Origin: Nemertoderma westbladi
Taxonomy: Eukaryota > Animalia > Xenacoelomorpha
Length of the DNA stretch: 64,000 bases
Direction of reading: 5' to 3'
Assembly: GCA_032718475.1 (NCBI GenBank)
Contig: JAUCBJ010006218.1
Span: forward strand, 126,836 to 190,835
The translations under genes and the position numbers were made by a program. This document shows, one piece after another, positions 62,001-64,000 of the stretch. A model generated the notes under the pieces. It did not search any database, was not told where the DNA came from, and worked only from the letters and a program-made list of their open reading frames with translations. Within the stretch, counting starts at the first letter, position 1; each line of letters opens with the position of its first letter.

Positions 62001-63640
62001 CGGTACCATCGTGCTACTTTACTTACCTCGGTACCATCGTGCTACTTTACTTACCTCGGTACCATCGTGCTACTTTACTTACCTCGGTACCATCGTGCTA
62101 CTTTACTTACCTCGGTACCATCGTGCTACTTTACTTACCTCGGTACCATCGTGCTACTTTACTTACCTCGGTACCATCGTGCTACTTTACTTACCTCGGT
62201 ACCATCGTGCTACTTTACTTACCTCGGTACCATCGTGCTACTTTACTTACCTCGGTACCATCGTGCTACTTTACTTACCTCGGTACCATCGTGCTACTTT
62301 ACTTACCTCGGTACCATCGTGCTACTTTACTTACCTCGGTACCATCGTGCTACTTTACTTACCTCGGTACCATCGTGCTACTTTACTTACCTCGGTACCA
62401 TCGTGCTACTTTACTTACCTCGGTACCATCGTGCTACTTTACTTACCTCGGTACCATCGTGCTACTTTACTTACCTCGGTACCATCGTGCTACTTTACTT
62501 ACCTCGGTACCATCGTGCTACTTTACTTACCTCGGTACCATCGTGCTACTTTACTTACCTCGGTACCATCGTGCTACTTTACTTACCTCGGTACCATCGT
62601 GCTACTTTACTTACCTCGGTACCATCGTGCTACTTTACTTACCTCGGTACCATCGTGCTACTTTACTTACCTCGGTACCATCGTGCTACTTTACTTACCT
62701 CGGTACCATCGTGCTACTTTACTTACCTCGGTACCATCGTGCTACTTTACTTACCTCGGTACCATCGTGCTACTTTACTTACCTCGGTACCATCGTGCTA
62801 CTTTACTTACCTCGGTACCATCGTGCTACTTTACTTACCTCGGTACCATCGTGCTACTTTACTTACCTCGGTACCATCGTGCTACTTTACTTACCTCGGT
62901 ACCATCGTGCTACTTTACTTACCTCGGTACCATCGTGCTACTTTACTTACCTCGGTACCATCGTGCTACTTTACTTACCTCGGTACCCATAACATCGTGC
63001 TACTTTACTTACCTCGGTACCATCGTGCTACTTTACTTACCTCGGTACCATCGTGCTACTTTACTTACCTCGGTACCATCGTGCTACTTTACTTACCTCG
63101 GTACCATCGTGCTACTTTACTTACCTCGGTACCATCGTGCTACTTTACTTACCTCGGTACCATCGTGCTACTTTACTTACCTCGGTACCATCGTGCTACT
63201 TTACTTACCTCGGTACCATCGTGCTACTTTACTTACCTCGGTACCAACATCGTGCTACTTTACTTACCTCGGTACCATCGTGCTACTTTACTTACCTCGG
63301 TACCATCGTGCTACTTTACTTACCTCGGTACCATCGTGCTACTTTACTTACCTCGGTACCATCGTGCTACTTTACTTACCTCGGTACCATCGTGCTACTT
63401 TACTTACCTCGGTACCATCGTGCTACTTTACTTACCTCGGTACCATCGTGCTACTTTACTTACCTCGGTACCATCGTGCTACTTTACTTACCTCGGTACC
63501 ATCGTGCTACTTTACTTACCTCGGTACCATCGTGCTACTTTACTTACCTCGGTACCATCGTGCTACTTTACTTACCTCGGTAACATCGTGCTACTTTACT
63601 TACCTCGGTAACATCGTGCTACTTTACTTACCTCGGTACC
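53040..63640. repeat. 28-bp tandem array (~375 copies)
   Basis: CATCGTGCTACTTTACTTACCTCGGTA(A/C); source of the MLLYLPRYHRAT pseudo-ORFs. Confidence 0.98.
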
Positions 63641-64000
63641 GACTTCCCATCCGATGGTACCCGGTGTCCTGGACTATCGGCCTACAGTAGTGTCTAAATT
63701 CAGTGTCCTGCACCCCCCTAAATTATTTATTCTACAAATCTTGATGAAACGACATGAAATTTGAAACAGAGATAGTTTCAGAGATAGTCTCTCCTCCTTA
63801 GTGGGTGAGCCAGAATTTTTATTTTTGCTGTCATTATTTTTAGCTACAAGCGTTTAATAAATCTGTCTCGGGCGATATTGCGCCACTTACACCGCAGTTA
63901 TTCTTCAACATGTAACACAATCTGAATTTCGTCGTAAACTAGTCAGAGATGTCCATTCTAAAGTTGCATGGTTTTGCATGTAGCACTATACTATAAACCA

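Noticed and set aside
30213-63640. CRISPR-like appearance of the regular arrays
   Set aside because: Head-to-tail units with no unique spacers, no cas genes, eukaryotic context.
53020-63690. ORFs of up to 1222 aa (MLLYLPRYHRAT...)
   Set aside because: Translations of a 28-bp satellite; stops depend only on the A/C variant.

Overview
AT-rich, intron-containing animal (invertebrate-like) genomic DNA with two parts. (1) 2404-28285 is an apparently complete Polinton/Maverick (endogenous polintovirus). It has ~500-bp TIRs ending in AGTAGT/ACTACT and a perfect 6-bp TSD (GGTGGC). It encodes pPolB, integrase, packaging ATPase, adenain protease, a major capsid, two tandem minor capsids and core proteins. 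Its accessory genes include a TATA-binding-protein-like ORF overlapping the end of pPolB, a PC4-like ORF, a RING ORF and a DEDD-like ORF. The Polinton split ORF1 of a CR1/L2-type LINE. It was itself invaded by a 7.1-kb non-autonomous BEL/Pao-like LTR element (TSD CACTT) whose primer-binding site is complementary to its own LTR. (2) 30.2-64 kb is part of a plus-strand anoctamin (TMEM16) gene with a pair of duplicated, frame-incompatible (mutually exclusive) exons. Most of its introns carry a different tandem array (82, 52, 49, 40, 34, 22, 19, 28 bp), and two arrays look like amplified splice sites. All long ORFs beyond 48.5 kb are satellite artefacts. All family calls come from motif recognition by eye; no searches were run.
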